64,000 nucleotides of DNA from a virus (IMGVR_UViG_3300022555_000023:8095-72094), one strand, 5' to 3'; shown: positions 27,841-37,114, numbered from the stretch's first letter. The notes: generated from the sequence alone by a model not told the origin. A program made the numbers and translations.

Positions 27841-28133
27841 GGCTTCTCCGCCTTCATGCTGATCACGCAGAACGACTCGCTGCGGGAAATCTGGCCACCG
27901 TTCTGATAGTTGAACTTGTGGTACAAAATATGATGCCCCTGCCAGTCGAAGGTAGACCAGCCGTTGCCCACCTCGCGGACGTTCGTCGCTCCCGTGGGAA
28001 GGGTGTCACTGGTCGGGGCCACCGTGGTTTCGCCGCAGCCGATACATAAAACCAGCAGGGCTAGAGCTAGAAGTCGTTTCATGTTTGGATCCTCCTTCGC
28101 GTTGGGGTGGCAGGGGCCGCTGTTTGGCCCCAC
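27837..28133 (-). CDS. Lipoprotein of 98 aa (signal peptide with lipobox LVLCIGC)
   Basis: MKRLLALALLVLCIGCGE. Confidence 0.55.
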   Translation of the reverse strand: MGPNSGPCHPNAKEDPNMKRLLALALLVLCIGCGETTVAPTSDTLPTGATNVREVGNGWSTFDWQGHHILYHKFNYQNGGQISRSESFCVISMKAEKP

Positions 28134-28474
28134 AGGCGGTCAAAGTCACTGGCCAGCCGTTCTATCGACCTGCGGGCGACGGGCTCACGTGCGGCCACAG
28201 GCGGCGTCACAGCGGGTCGTGACGGGGCCTGGGCTGGCGTTCGGGTAGTTAAGGCCGATACATCGGCCAGGGGCTTGTCCCAGGCGGGCAAACCGGCGTC
28301 TTCCTCGCCCCACGGCAAATGGCCGGGAGCCTCGCCGGTCTCGGACCTCGTGTACTGGCCGAACTTGTCCCGAACCATGACCACCGGCGGCCCAGACTTA
28401 TTTATGAGCCCGTGGAAGATGATCTCGGCAGTAGCTTGGTCGATGTCGTGCATGGTGCTTTCAATACTGGACAC
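28079..28474 (-). CDS. Hypothetical protein of 131 aa ending ...PTRRRIQT (C-terminal tag)
   Basis: ORF. Confidence 0.45.
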   Translation of the reverse strand: MSSIESTMHDIDQATAEIIFHGLINKSGPPVVMVRDKFGQYTRSETGEAPGHLPWGEEDAGLPAWDKPLADVSALTTRTPAQAPSRPAVTPPVAAREPVARRSIERLASDFDRLWGQTAAPATPTRRRIQT

Positions 28475-28617
28475 CGCTGCGGCGTATGATTATCCCAGGG
28501 CAGCCTCTCGTATTCACGATCTGGATGATGACAGGAGAACCCGCCGTGGCTGTCCAGGTTATGAACGCAGCCCCAGCAATACGGCCCATCGTCGCACTGC
28601 TTCGGTCCAACTTGCAT
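28402..28617 (-). CDS. Small Cys- and His-rich protein of about 71 aa (MQVGPKQCDDGPYCWGC...)
   Basis: An internal ATG at 28615-28617 overlaps the upstream stop in a TGATG arrangement. Confidence 0.3.
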   Translation of the reverse strand: MQVGPKQCDDGPYCWGCVHNLDSHGGFSCHHPDREYERLPWDNHTPQRCPVLKAPCTTSTKLLPRSSSTGS

Positions 28618-28889
28618 CACCCGTCCTCCATCAGTCGCACGTTGTTTTCTTCCCACGGGCTTGGATCGTCGCTCCCGCCATGTTCCATCGGACAGCCTGG
28701 GCCGGCTGAGAATAGCTGGGCCGGTCGGCTGCTGATCGTGTCGCGGAACAGTTCGTCGGCACACTCACGGCAGTACATCATCTCGTGGCAGTGCGGCGTG
28801 ATGCCGGCTCGCGATAGCTTATCCATACGATTTGATGGATCGAATCTACACCGGCACGCTTTGCAGGTAGGCCGCAGGTCACTCATCAT
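28617..28889 (-). CDS. Zinc-finger protein of 90 aa (CKACRC...CHEMMYCREC)
   Basis: ORF with ATGA overlap. Confidence 0.45.
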   Translation of the reverse strand: MMSDLRPTCKACRCRFDPSNRMDKLSRAGITPHCHEMMYCRECADELFRDTISSRPAQLFSAGPGCPMEHGGSDDPSPWEENNVRLMEDG

Positions 28890-29251
28890 AGCCCCTTCTG
28901 ATCACGCTCCAGTTTGATGCGGGGACTGTTCAAGTACCTGTGCATCTCACGCCACAGGCGGCGGGACTCATCGGTCAGCCATATTAGGTAGTCCAGTGGA
29001 ACAGCATCGATACGCTTACCCTCGTACTTCCCAAACCTCATGGTCGCCGTCTGGCCATAGGCTTTGGCCTCGACATCGTTCATGGGTACGGTCGCCGCAG
29101 TTCCCTGTTCCGGACGAACAGGTGCTGGTAGCCAGGGACTTATCAGTTCGCCTAAACGATTAGCAACAATACGACGACCGAGATCATTCATATCACTAAC
29201 TTCGCTAATGACCAAGGCTGCCAACTCGGATGCAACTTCACCTGGACTCAT
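28886..29251 (-). CDS. DUF3820-like protein (putative quorum-sensing-regulated virulence factor family) of 121 aa
   Basis: C-terminal MRFGKYEGKRIDAVPLDYLIWL matches the DUF3820 consensus (FGKYKGK..D.P..YL.WL). Confidence 0.5.
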   Translation of the reverse strand: MSPGEVASELAALVISEVSDMNDLGRRIVANRLGELISPWLPAPVRPEQGTAATVPMNDVEAKAYGQTATMRFGKYEGKRIDAVPLDYLIWLTDESRRLWREMHRYLNSPRIKLERDQKGL

Positions 29252-29793
29252 TTAGGTTGATTCCTTACTAAATTCCGTTCCACAATCGCCTCTGCAACTC
29301 GAAGTAAAGGCCCCTCACCCCAGACACCCATAGCGTTATTCACTAGTAACCAAACAATTCTAATGTTACCCTGAACGTAACCACACGATGGATCAATACG
29401 ATCTAACGACATCTTTCCGTAGTCAGTAGTTTGCTCAAACGGCATAGCCGTTATAGCACAAACACCGCCCTGTAAATCATAAACCTGACGCAGGTATTCT
29501 AGCGATATGTTGCAATCCAGGTTACGTCTGGCACTACGAGCACGTGCGTTTCGCATCATACACTCTAACGCTATGGAAACATCTACGTGACGACGATCTC
29601 GATGCTTGCGTTGACTCTTGCCAATTATCGCCCTTGCCTTGTCTGGATCATTCTTCCAAAGTTCTGCCCATCTTTTTGCACTACGCATATTTATAGATTC
29701 ACGATTCCGTAGGTAACACTGGCGATTTGTGTACCTCTTTCTAGCCTTCCTAATTTCTTCAGGACTTGTTTGAATTCGTCGTCGTTCTAGCAT
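29248..29793 (-). CDS. Hypothetical protein of about 181 aa starting MLERRRIQT (N-terminal tag). C-terminal segment SLDRIDPSCGYVQGNIRIVWLLVNNAMG.
   Basis: The ORF track gives 29248..29898, but ATG 29791-29793 has an AAGGAG ribosome-binding site 7 nt upstream. Confidence 0.5.
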   Translation of the reverse strand: MLERRRIQTSPEEIRKARKRYTNRQCYLRNRESINMRSAKRWAELWKNDPDKARAIIGKSQRKHRDRRHVDVSIALECMMRNARARSARRNLDCNISLEYLRQVYDLQGGVCAITAMPFEQTTDYGKMSLDRIDPSCGYVQGNIRIVWLLVNNAMGVWGEGPLLRVAEAIVERNLVRNQPK

Positions 29794-30045
29794 GGCGATG
29801 CTCCTTATGCAGTCCGCCAGAGGCCCTGGAGCATCGCCAAACGCAGACAGGGCGTGGCGGACATGATTTGGGCATTGGCGATGCTCGACTAGACTCATGG
29901 TACATTAAACCACAGCCGATAGCAACTCACGGCTTCACCTTCGCTTTCGCCGCCTTCTCCCGCATCGCCGCGGTCGCCCGCAGGAACGCCTCGGCGTAGT
30001 CAAGCTGGCCCTGAACGTAGCCGTCGTGCCAGTCCTGCGAAGAGT

Positions 30046-30177
30046 TTACATCAGGAAGGGCTGGATGACCTCGGCGAGCCTATTGGCCACAATACGCCGA
30101 CCAAGGTCGTCCATACCCTTCACCTCATCGTTGAGGATGGCTACAAGCTCGGCTGCGACTTCTGCTGGGCTGTTCAT
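30046..30177 (-). CDS. Short ORF of 43 aa that is a paralogue of the N-terminal 40 aa of the DUF3820 gene (MNSPAEVAAELVAILNDEVKGMDDLGRRIVANRLAEVIQPFLM). Possibly a truncated duplicate.
   Basis: Translated by hand. ATGA overlap with 30174..30410. Compare MSPGEVASELAALVISEVSDMNDLGRRIVANRLGELISPWL in 28886..29251. Confidence 0.35.
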   Translation of the reverse strand: MNSPAEVAAELVAILNDEVKGMDDLGRRIVANRLAEVIQPFLM

Positions 30178-30410
30178 GGCATGTGTCCGAAATAGCGGCT
30201 AACCGCGGTATATGATGCTTCGCCGTAGCACACGTGCATCCAAATGGCAGCAGCGATCCACCGAGGCAATTGTGCCCAAGATTTATCCCATTGATAGAGT
30301 GCCCAACTAATCGTTGACCACCCAAAGTAAAACGCCAAAGCATCGTATCCCACGGACAGAACGACCGCCGTGCAACAGATGCTCGCTAGTATGATCGATA
30401 GCGTGCTCAT
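30174..30410 (-). CDS. Membrane protein of 78 aa (two transmembrane segments)
   Basis: Hydrophobic segments ILASICCTAVVLSVG and WIAAAIWMHV. Confidence 0.45.
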   Translation of the reverse strand: MSTLSIILASICCTAVVLSVGYDALAFYFGWSTISWALYQWDKSWAQLPRWIAAAIWMHVCYGEASYTAVSRYFGHMP

Positions 30411-30463
30411 GTTTGTTAACCTCCTACGTTCAGGTTAACAGTCATCCGCAAGCCGTGCAAGGC

Positions 30464-31177
30464 TTACGGCATCGTTGTCATTCTCCGTTTGCTCATGAGC
30501 TTGGTGTAGACATGCTGGAGGCCACCCTGCACCTCGGCGAAGAACTCATCGTCGGCATCGCAGCGGTCCAGAAGCTCCTCCAGCCAGGCGTTGGCCCACT
30601 TCGTGATCTTCTTGCGGCTACCCTCGGCCACCTCTTCCAGTTCAGCCACCTTCTTCTTCAGGTCGGTGATGGTTTTCTCGTGCAGGCCGATGAGCTTCAC
30701 CAGTTGCAAGGCTTCGGGCTTGTCTGTGTCGCAGCCCCACACCAGGGCATGGATGATATCCCGCAAATCCGGGTAACCTTCGCCCTTAACGCCGGTAGCC
30801 TTGACGACGATGTTGCAGCACGCGATGTTCTTCGCCACCAGCATCTCGGCCAGTTCCTTCACGCCCGTGCCGGGCGGGACGTCCTTCGGGTTGAGGTGAT
30901 GCTCCATGATCGCCTTCGCCCGGTACATGGCCTCGACGCTACAGTGCTTGGCCGCGGCCAACTGCTCGTTCGCCTTGTCGAGTTCCATGCCACGCAGGTT
31001 GGACTCGAAGCTGTGATGATCTTTCAGGCGTTCGGCGTTCTTCAAACGAGACATCACCGCTTTGGCGGCGTCCACGATGTCGACGATGCTGTCGTCAGGC
31101 TCGGGTATCAGAACGTCCCGCACCTCCTTCAGTATCTTGGAAAGGTCGTGGGCCGGTCCTACGCTACTATCGCTCAT
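30464..31177 (-). CDS. Hypothetical protein of 237 aa
   Basis: ORF with a ribosome-binding site. Confidence 0.5.
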   Translation of the reverse strand: MSDSSVGPAHDLSKILKEVRDVLIPEPDDSIVDIVDAAKAVMSRLKNAERLKDHHSFESNLRGMELDKANEQLAAAKHCSVEAMYRAKAIMEHHLNPKDVPPGTGVKELAEMLVAKNIACCNIVVKATGVKGEGYPDLRDIIHALVWGCDTDKPEALQLVKLIGLHEKTITDLKKKVAELEEVAEGSRKKITKWANAWLEELLDRCDADDEFFAEVQGGLQHVYTKLMSKRRMTTMP

Positions 31178-31283
31178 GGTTTGTTCTCCTTATGCTGTAC
31201 CAGACACATGCTAAATGAGGGCAGGGAGTAGAACGTGAGATACTACTCCCCTGACAATGCTGCGAATACAATTCGCGGCTTGT

Positions 31284-32711
31284 TTACTTCACGGCCTCGG
31301 CGGTCTTGACCGCAGCCTTGGCCTTCGCGGGCGGCACGTCCGCTGTGGGCATCGACAATAGCATGGTTGGCCCTGCACCGCTGCTGCCGTTCATTAGGTA
31401 CACCGGCATGCGGCCATCCCAGGTCTCCAGCATGCGGCTCTGGATTTCAAGCTGCTTCAGCATCAGGTACGCCTGCGGGTTCTCCTGAAGTTTCTGTAGC
31501 TCATACGCCTTGGCGTCGGCGACAGCCTGGATGCCCTTGGCTTCGCCCTGCTTGATGGCCAGCACCTTGGCTGCCTCGCCCTCGCCCACGGCCTGCAAAG
31601 CCTTCTTACGCTCCGTGGCGGCTTCCTGTTCGGCCTTGGCGACGTTCTTGTCCTGCTGCTGCTGGAAGACCTTGTCAATGGATGTCTGGATGTTAGGATT
31701 TGCGTAGGTCAAACCACCCTTCATACCAATGCTTGTGATGGTAATTCCTCGCTCGACGAAGTACTTCTGAGCCTCGTCTCGCATCGCCTTCAGGAACTCG
31801 GTCTTCCTATTGCGACCTTCATCCATCGTGTACTTGGCCGCCTCGTCGGAGAAAACCCGCTGGAGAACGGCTCGCACCTCGGTATCCATGACGTCTTCAA
31901 GCCCTACGGTCTTAACGACGTAGTCATCCTTGTATCCGCCGCCCGCCTTGATGACCCTATCCTTGTTCGCCGGATAGTTGAAGAAGAACTTAACCGCGTC
32001 TTCCTCAGTCAGAATACGGGCAACGATGGAGATGCCGCAGGAGAAGTTCACCGAATCACTGGACTCGACGTCAATGGCCTGGTCCCTGAACGACGTTCCT
32101 GTGTGCGGGGCTGCGGTCCACTCTCGCGTACATGGAACGCGATCTACAATGAAAACCTGAGCGTCGGGGATAAACTTGCCGTTGTTCCAACCATGACCCA
32201 TGTCCTGCCAGCGGTACGGAATAAGGATGCGCTTCGACTGCACCCAGGGTTTGCCCTCGGCAGTCTGCTGAATGAACATCTGCGTGGTCTTCGTCGCCGT
32301 TTGCTTGCTGTTGTCCTCCTTCTTCACCATGAATGCCGTCTCGGAATTACCGACATCGACGAAGACCGGAGTATCGTAGGGCGACTGACACCCACCGACA
32401 AGCAATAGCAGCAACAACGCTGGTGACATACTGGTCGCAAAGGTTTTGCCCGCCTTCGTGGCGCGCTTCAGTTCGGGCATGAAGGTCAGCAAGGTCAGCA
32501 GGGAGAACGAAGTCCAGATGATCGTGCCTGGGTACTGCTTGGCGACTTGCCAGAATCGCATGTTCTGCTGCTCATGCCGGGAGCGACTGTGATCAAGCTG
32601 GTTGTAAGCCATTTGGTCGTTCACCTCCGGAACGACAGCGTAGTGCCAGTAGCTGTGAGCCACCAATGCAGCCACGAACATGAATCCTATCAGAAACACT
32701 TTTGCAAACAT
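31284..32711 (-). CDS. Membrane or lipoprotein with an SPFH/band-7 (stomatin, prohibitin, HflK/C-like) domain, 475 aa
   Basis: Central SPFH-like core (VKTVGLEDVMDTEVRAVLQRVF...ITITSIGMKGG) and an Ala/Glu/Lys coiled-coil tail. Two N-terminal transmembrane segments. An internal MSPALLLLLLVGGC segment looks like a lipoprotein signal, so this may be two genes or an alternative start. Confidence 0.55.
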   Translation of the reverse strand: MFAKVFLIGFMFVAALVAHSYWHYAVVPEVNDQMAYNQLDHSRSRHEQQNMRFWQVAKQYPGTIIWTSFSLLTLLTFMPELKRATKAGKTFATSMSPALLLLLLVGGCQSPYDTPVFVDVGNSETAFMVKKEDNSKQTATKTTQMFIQQTAEGKPWVQSKRILIPYRWQDMGHGWNNGKFIPDAQVFIVDRVPCTREWTAAPHTGTSFRDQAIDVESSDSVNFSCGISIVARILTEEDAVKFFFNYPANKDRVIKAGGGYKDDYVVKTVGLEDVMDTEVRAVLQRVFSDEAAKYTMDEGRNRKTEFLKAMRDEAQKYFVERGITITSIGMKGGLTYANPNIQTSIDKVFQQQQDKNVAKAEQEAATERKKALQAVGEGEAAKVLAIKQGEAKGIQAVADAKAYELQKLQENPQAYLMLKQLEIQSRMLETWDGRMPVYLMNGSSGAGPTMLLSMPTADVPPAKAKAAVKTAEAVK

Positions 32712-32968
32712 AAATCACCTCCGGGTCTAGAAATAGGGTAAAACGTCATTGAGCATCCAGACACGTCGGGTTCGTATGACGCCTGGATGATTTAGCGAGC
32801 CACCTCAACTGCGACGGTGGTCGCTACGATATCGGGGTGGCCGTCCTGATGAGTGTCGGTGATCGCGTACCGCGTCACCACCTTCGATCCTGCACAACCC
32901 GCACATACTAACAGAACCAGAATAGCTACGATCCGCATGATATCATCCTTGACTCTAGGGTTTGTAAT

Positions 32969-33385
32969 CTACTCGCACACTGGTTTGATTCGGCTGCCCG
33001 GCACGTTGTTCTTGAGGCACGCGGGACACAGCACCGGGTCTTCGGTCTGCCAGCCCTTGGCCTCGTGGTCGTCCTTGCGTTGCAGGCGGGTGCAGTAATG
33101 GCACTGGAGGCGTTGCGGCTTCCCACGTCGCACACGCAGGCCCGACAGTGGCATACCTGCGGCGGCCATAGCCAGTAGCGGCGAGAAGGACATCGGGCGT
33201 CGTTTTACGGGCATGCCGGTCTTGGGCGGGCCTGCTATCTGTACCATAACGGCGTCTTTGCCAGTCTCGTCCTTCACCACCTGCATGGCATCTTCCAGGT
33301 TGGCGGGCGGTATGCTGCTGTCGGAAGTATTCACAATAATCGTTCCTCCATTATTGATGATGTCGCGTAAGCGTTCTTTGTCCAT
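32969..33385 (-). CDS. Hypothetical protein of 138 aa
   Basis: ORF. Confidence 0.45.
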   Translation of the reverse strand: MDKERLRDIINNGGTIIVNTSDSSIPPANLEDAMQVVKDETGKDAVMVQIAGPPKTGMPVKRRPMSFSPLLAMAAAGMPLSGLRVRRGKPQRLQCHYCTRLQRKDDHEAKGWQTEDPVLCPACLKNNVPGSRIKPVCE

Positions 33386-33428
33386 TGGTCACCGTACTAA
33401 GTTGAAGCAGTGGTCGTTCAGCCGTACC

Positions 33429-33626
33429 TTATCTCCTGGTTTCACGTTTGTCCCGCACTAGACGCCGGCGGTCGGTCGAAACTGGATCGGCCTTGCGTCG
33501 TTCTTTGGCCCTGGTGGCTCGACGGGCGTCCCGCCACCATACCATACGATGATACGTTACGTCTATAAACACCACCAGCAGTAGACCCAGGCCACCACCT
33601 ATCATCACGCACATGATCTCACGCAT
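33429..33626 (-). CDS. Small membrane protein of 65 aa
   Basis: MREIMCVMIGGGLGLLLVVFI. Confidence 0.4.
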   Translation of the reverse strand: MREIMCVMIGGGLGLLLVVFIDVTYHRMVWWRDARRATRAKERRKADPVSTDRRRLVRDKRETRR

Positions 33627-34609
33627 TACAGTTCTCCCGTGGACTGAATCCTTCGTCGCACGACGGTTCGCTTGCCGCGTGTAATCTTTCTTCGTTTGAC
33701 TGGTTCCGGACCAAGACGGTTCAACGTCCAGCCGACCGGCAGGACGATGCCATGCTCGGTTTCTCTGTCCATCAGGCCGGCAAGTATCGTGATAGCCAGT
33801 TGGCTGTTGCTGACAACTCGGCTGCCCTGGCGAGACTCACCGGGCGGGTATGTCAGCACCCATATCACGCGGTCGGTATTTGCCTCGACGTGGGCAATAA
33901 TACGTTGTTCAGCATTAACGAACGTTCGCGGCAGCGTGTAGCCCACGGGAAGCCGCTGGACGTTCGGCTCGGCGGGCGTCACCTGGCTGTGGGATCGCAG
34001 TCGTCGCAGATCGGCTTCTGTAATATAGGGCTGATGTTGCTGCTCAACTGCTGCTTCCAGTCGGCGTATAAACTCCGCTCGCGGTACGTCACCACGACCG
34101 AAAAGGTTGCTGAATGACATCGCGTCAGCGTGTGCGCTCGAATAGTTACTGTCCTGCGTCAGCAAGCTGCCCGGTATTCCCAGCGACTCATTAGCCCGCC
34201 GTGCGGCGTCGGTGGTAACAGCGGCTATGGCCTCGGGCGTCGGTGGTGGCGGTGTTGGCCCCAAGCGATGCTGTCGCCGCTCGGGTGGCCGGGCTCCATA
34301 CATAGGCGGAATATCCAGTCGGGATCCACGTCGACGGGCTTCGATGATGTTGGCCGCATGACCGTAGTCCTCACGGTTCCGCTGCGGGTAGAGATGAATA
34401 ATACTGTCAGTATCACTAATCTGCTGACCAAACGGCAGCCCTTCCTGAATAACGATGTATTCTCCGGTTCGCAGGCCGTAGAGGGACACAAGGTGCATGG
34501 CGTCGATGAAATGGCGGTCGCCGTCAGACATGCTGGTGACGTAGCCGGGATGCACTGCGTACCGCGGCCCGTTCATCGGTTCAGGATTGTTTGGGTTCTG
34601 CTGTGGCAT
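33626..34609 (-). CDS. Hypothetical protein of 327 aa ending in the C-terminal tag RRRIQSTGEL. Paralogue of 37026..37583.
   Basis: N-terminal (GEYIV) and C-terminal (WVLTYPPGESRQGSRVV..LAITILAGL) blocks are shared with 37026..37583. Confidence 0.55.
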   Translation of the reverse strand: MPQQNPNNPEPMNGPRYAVHPGYVTSMSDGDRHFIDAMHLVSLYGLRTGEYIVIQEGLPFGQQISDTDSIIHLYPQRNREDYGHAANIIEARRRGSRLDIPPMYGARPPERRQHRLGPTPPPPTPEAIAAVTTDAARRANESLGIPGSLLTQDSNYSSAHADAMSFSNLFGRGDVPRAEFIRRLEAAVEQQHQPYITEADLRRLRSHSQVTPAEPNVQRLPVGYTLPRTFVNAEQRIIAHVEANTDRVIWVLTYPPGESRQGSRVVSNSQLAITILAGLMDRETEHGIVLPVGWTLNRLGPEPVKRRKITRGKRTVVRRRIQSTGEL

Positions 34610-34764
34610 GACGCTAAGCTCCTACCTTCGACGCGAAAGATCACTGCCCCGCACCCAGGTTAGTCCGCCACCTCGATGATTTCCGTTGTGTCCTTGCCAG
34701 TACGAGCATCGACAGCCGCGACACTCTTCTGGACACGGGCCGAACAGCCATCGTAAGAGTCTCT

Positions 34765-35211
34765 TCACGGCTTCACCGCAATCTGTCGTTCCAATTCGTG
34801 GATACGGGCCTGGGCCTGCCGGTACAGCTCAACCGGCACGGTCGTGGGGTCGACCTTCACCGCCCGGTTCTGGAGACGCTGAATGGCTCGCAGATCTTCC
34901 AGGCTTTTGTCGCGGCGACGATTGAGAATGGCACGAAGCTGAAAGTTCTCATCCTTGATCTCCTCCAGAGCCTCGACCAAGGGTATGCCGCCGTACTGCA
35001 AGGTCACGCCCGCCAGGAGCCCTTCCAGTTCCTCGATGCGGTTACGGGCGGCCTGAGCCATCTCGGAGCAGTGTGCCCCGTACAACGGCCCCTTGCGGGC
35101 GATCTCGGCCAGGGCTTGCAAGAGAAGTTCGTTAGCTTCATCTACCGGATCGGCATTGTCGATGGGCGGTTCCACGGCGTTTCTCCTTTTGGGCCAGCAC
35201 ACGGCGGCCAC
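34765..35211 (-). CDS. Coiled-coil protein of 148 aa
   Basis: ORF rich in Leu, Glu and Ala. Confidence 0.45.
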   Translation of the reverse strand: MAAVCWPKRRNAVEPPIDNADPVDEANELLLQALAEIARKGPLYGAHCSEMAQAARNRIEELEGLLAGVTLQYGGIPLVEALEEIKDENFQLRAILNRRRDKSLEDLRAIQRLQNRAVKVDPTTVPVELYRQAQARIHELERQIAVKP

Positions 35212-35255
35212 GTTCGGTAATCGTGATGCTGCAGTATCGTCGCCGCACCCACCGT

Positions 35256-35693
35256 TTAACCAGACACTGCACTTCTATCACGGTAATGTACTTTGCGATG
35301 ACAGTTTGAACAAAGCACTATGCACTTCCGAACCTCGGCTATGATTAGATCAATGGGAACACTAGTATTTATCATGTGCCTAACGCTATCAACTTTCTCG
35401 CCAGTAACATGATGAAAATCTAAACACGCAATATGCGTTTCCCCACACGAGCATCTATCAACACCGAGCACAGCAAGTAGACGTAACTTCATGTTCTCGC
35501 TACGCTTCCGATAACGTATACGACATGATTCCCGTGCATAGCTCGTTCTTACATAAATCCTCGCAGCCTCTCTTCGGCATGATAGACACGTGGATACGGG
35601 CCGACCGCGTGACATACAGAAGTTGCCCGTAATCGGTTTAGTGTACCCACATTTAGCACATCGCTTCGTTGCTATTTTCTGTCGTTCAACCAC
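35256..35693 (-). CDS. HNH endonuclease of 145 aa
   Basis: N-terminal CAKCG...CLSC zinc finger and LDFHHVTGEK...NTSVP...LCSNCHRKVH, an HNH ββα-Me motif. Confidence 0.6.
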   Translation of the reverse strand: MVERQKIATKRCAKCGYTKPITGNFCMSRGRPVSTCLSCRREAARIYVRTSYARESCRIRYRKRSENMKLRLLAVLGVDRCSCGETHIACLDFHHVTGEKVDSVRHMINTSVPIDLIIAEVRKCIVLCSNCHRKVHYRDRSAVSG

Positions 35694-35822
35694 GACTGTT
35701 CTCCAAACGCCGCCCGCCCCACCAGCAGAAGTAGCCGCGAAGTTAGATCGCTGGTGGGGCGTTTGGCGTGTACGGGAGTTCGCGGCTACCGTCGAGTTAA
35801 CAACTCAGTATAGCTTATCATA

Positions 35823-36005
35823 TCAAACAGTACAACACATATCCACGGTTCGGCGTTGCAGCAACTCATCCAGACACCGCGACTCAAATCGAGACACCCG
35901 TATCATCTGCCTGAATCGCAGTCCGTAGACACTGTCCCAGATATAGGCCATGTCCCAGCCGTACTTGGCCGTATCCCGCAGGATTTGTAGCTGCCGGCGG
36001 GTCAT
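35823..36005 (-). CDS. Hypothetical protein of 60 aa
   Basis: ORF. Confidence 0.3.
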   Translation of the reverse strand: MTRRQLQILRDTAKYGWDMAYIWDSVYGLRFRQMIRVSRFESRCLDELLQRRTVDMCCTV

Positions 36006-37114
36006 ATCGTGTCATGCACCGTGCGTTTGCCGGCCTTGCGGTCGTGATACTGAGCTTCTATCCAAGCAAATGTTCGTGCCAGGCCGACGCGGAACGATGT
36101 CCGTGGCTGCCAGCCCAGGTAGTGCTGAATCATCGTGTTGTCGCTGTTGCGACCAGCCACACCCTTGGGGGCACTGAGATCGTACAGTCGCTTCAGCTTC
36201 ACGCCTCCGATTTCCTCGGCGATATCCACCAAGTCATTGACAGAGATCGACTCATTGGATCCGAGGTTGATGGGCGTCGCGATAAGATCACTGCATTGCG
36301 TAATACGGTCGATGCCGTCCAGACAGTCCTCGATCCACATGTAGCTGCGATTCTGCGTGCCGTCGCCCCATATCGTGATCTCGTGCTTGCCGGTTTCCCT
36401 GGCCTCGATCACCTTGCGGCAGATAGCTGCTGGTGCCTTCTCACGGCCACCGTCCCACGTGCCGTGCGGGCCGTAGACGTTGTGGAAGCGGGCGATGAAG
36501 GTCTTCATGCCGCGTTCGGCCCAATACTCCTGACAGAACATCTCCGAGAGGAGCTTCTCCCAGCCGTAACCACGCTCCGCCATCGCGGGGTAGGCATCAG
36601 TCTCCTTCAGTGCCAGGCACTCGGCAGTCTTCTGCAAGTTGATGTTGTAGGCACAGGCTGACGATGAGTAGAAATACTTCTGGCAACCAGCACGCCAGGC
36701 GGCTTCGATCATGTGAGTATTAATCAACACGCTTCGCAGGCACTGGATACGGAACCTCTCGATGAAGCCCATGCCACCCATATCGGCTGCCAGGTTGTAG
36801 ACTGCGGTCGCGCCCTCACATACGCGATGGCAGTTCTCCTCGATGCTCACATCAAGACTCAGGTTCTCGACGCCGTCGCTGACCTGATACCAGTCGGGCA
36901 GTGGCTTCTTATCCACAGCCCTGATGTGAACATGACCTTTCTCGTTAAGTCGTCGCACTAATGATCCGCCGATGAACCCACCGGACCCTGTAACCACAAT
37001 CACGTCGCTCACGCTTAATTTCTCCTTAGATTTCACCACTATCGGGTAATGTTTGAATACGTCGCCGCACCGGCCTGGGTGCGTCTTCCATCGCTGGCGT
37101 CCATAACTGGCCAC
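36002..37114 (-). CDS. GDP-mannose 3,5-epimerase homologue (NAD-dependent SDR epimerase/dehydratase family) of 370 aa
   Basis: Rossmann motif VTGSGGFIGGS. There are long stretches of identity to plant GME recalled from memory: NLAADMGGMGFI, FYSSSACAY, LKETDAYPA, YGWEK (YxxxK), RFHNVYGPHGTWDGGREKAPAAICRK, IWGDGTQNRSY and GVAGRNSDNTMIQHYLGWQP. Confidence 0.75.
   Translation of the reverse strand: MASYGRQRWKTHPGRCGDVFKHYPIVVKSKEKLSVSDVIVVTGSGGFIGGSLVRRLNEKGHVHIRAVDKKPLPDWYQVSDGVENLSLDVSIEENCHRVCEGATAVYNLAADMGGMGFIERFRIQCLRSVLINTHMIEAAWRAGCQKYFYSSSACAYNINLQKTAECLALKETDAYPAMAERGYGWEKLLSEMFCQEYWAERGMKTFIARFHNVYGPHGTWDGGREKAPAAICRKVIEARETGKHEITIWGDGTQNRSYMWIEDCLDGIDRITQCSDLIATPINLGSNESISVNDLVDIAEEIGGVKLKRLYDLSAPKGVAGRNSDNTMIQHYLGWQPRTSFRVGLARTFAWIEAQYHDRKAGKRTVHDTI

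Noticed and set aside
37026-37070. LPDSG inside the C-terminal tag read as a sortase LPxTG sorting signal
   Set aside because: There is no following hydrophobic segment or positively charged tail. The protein ends two residues later.
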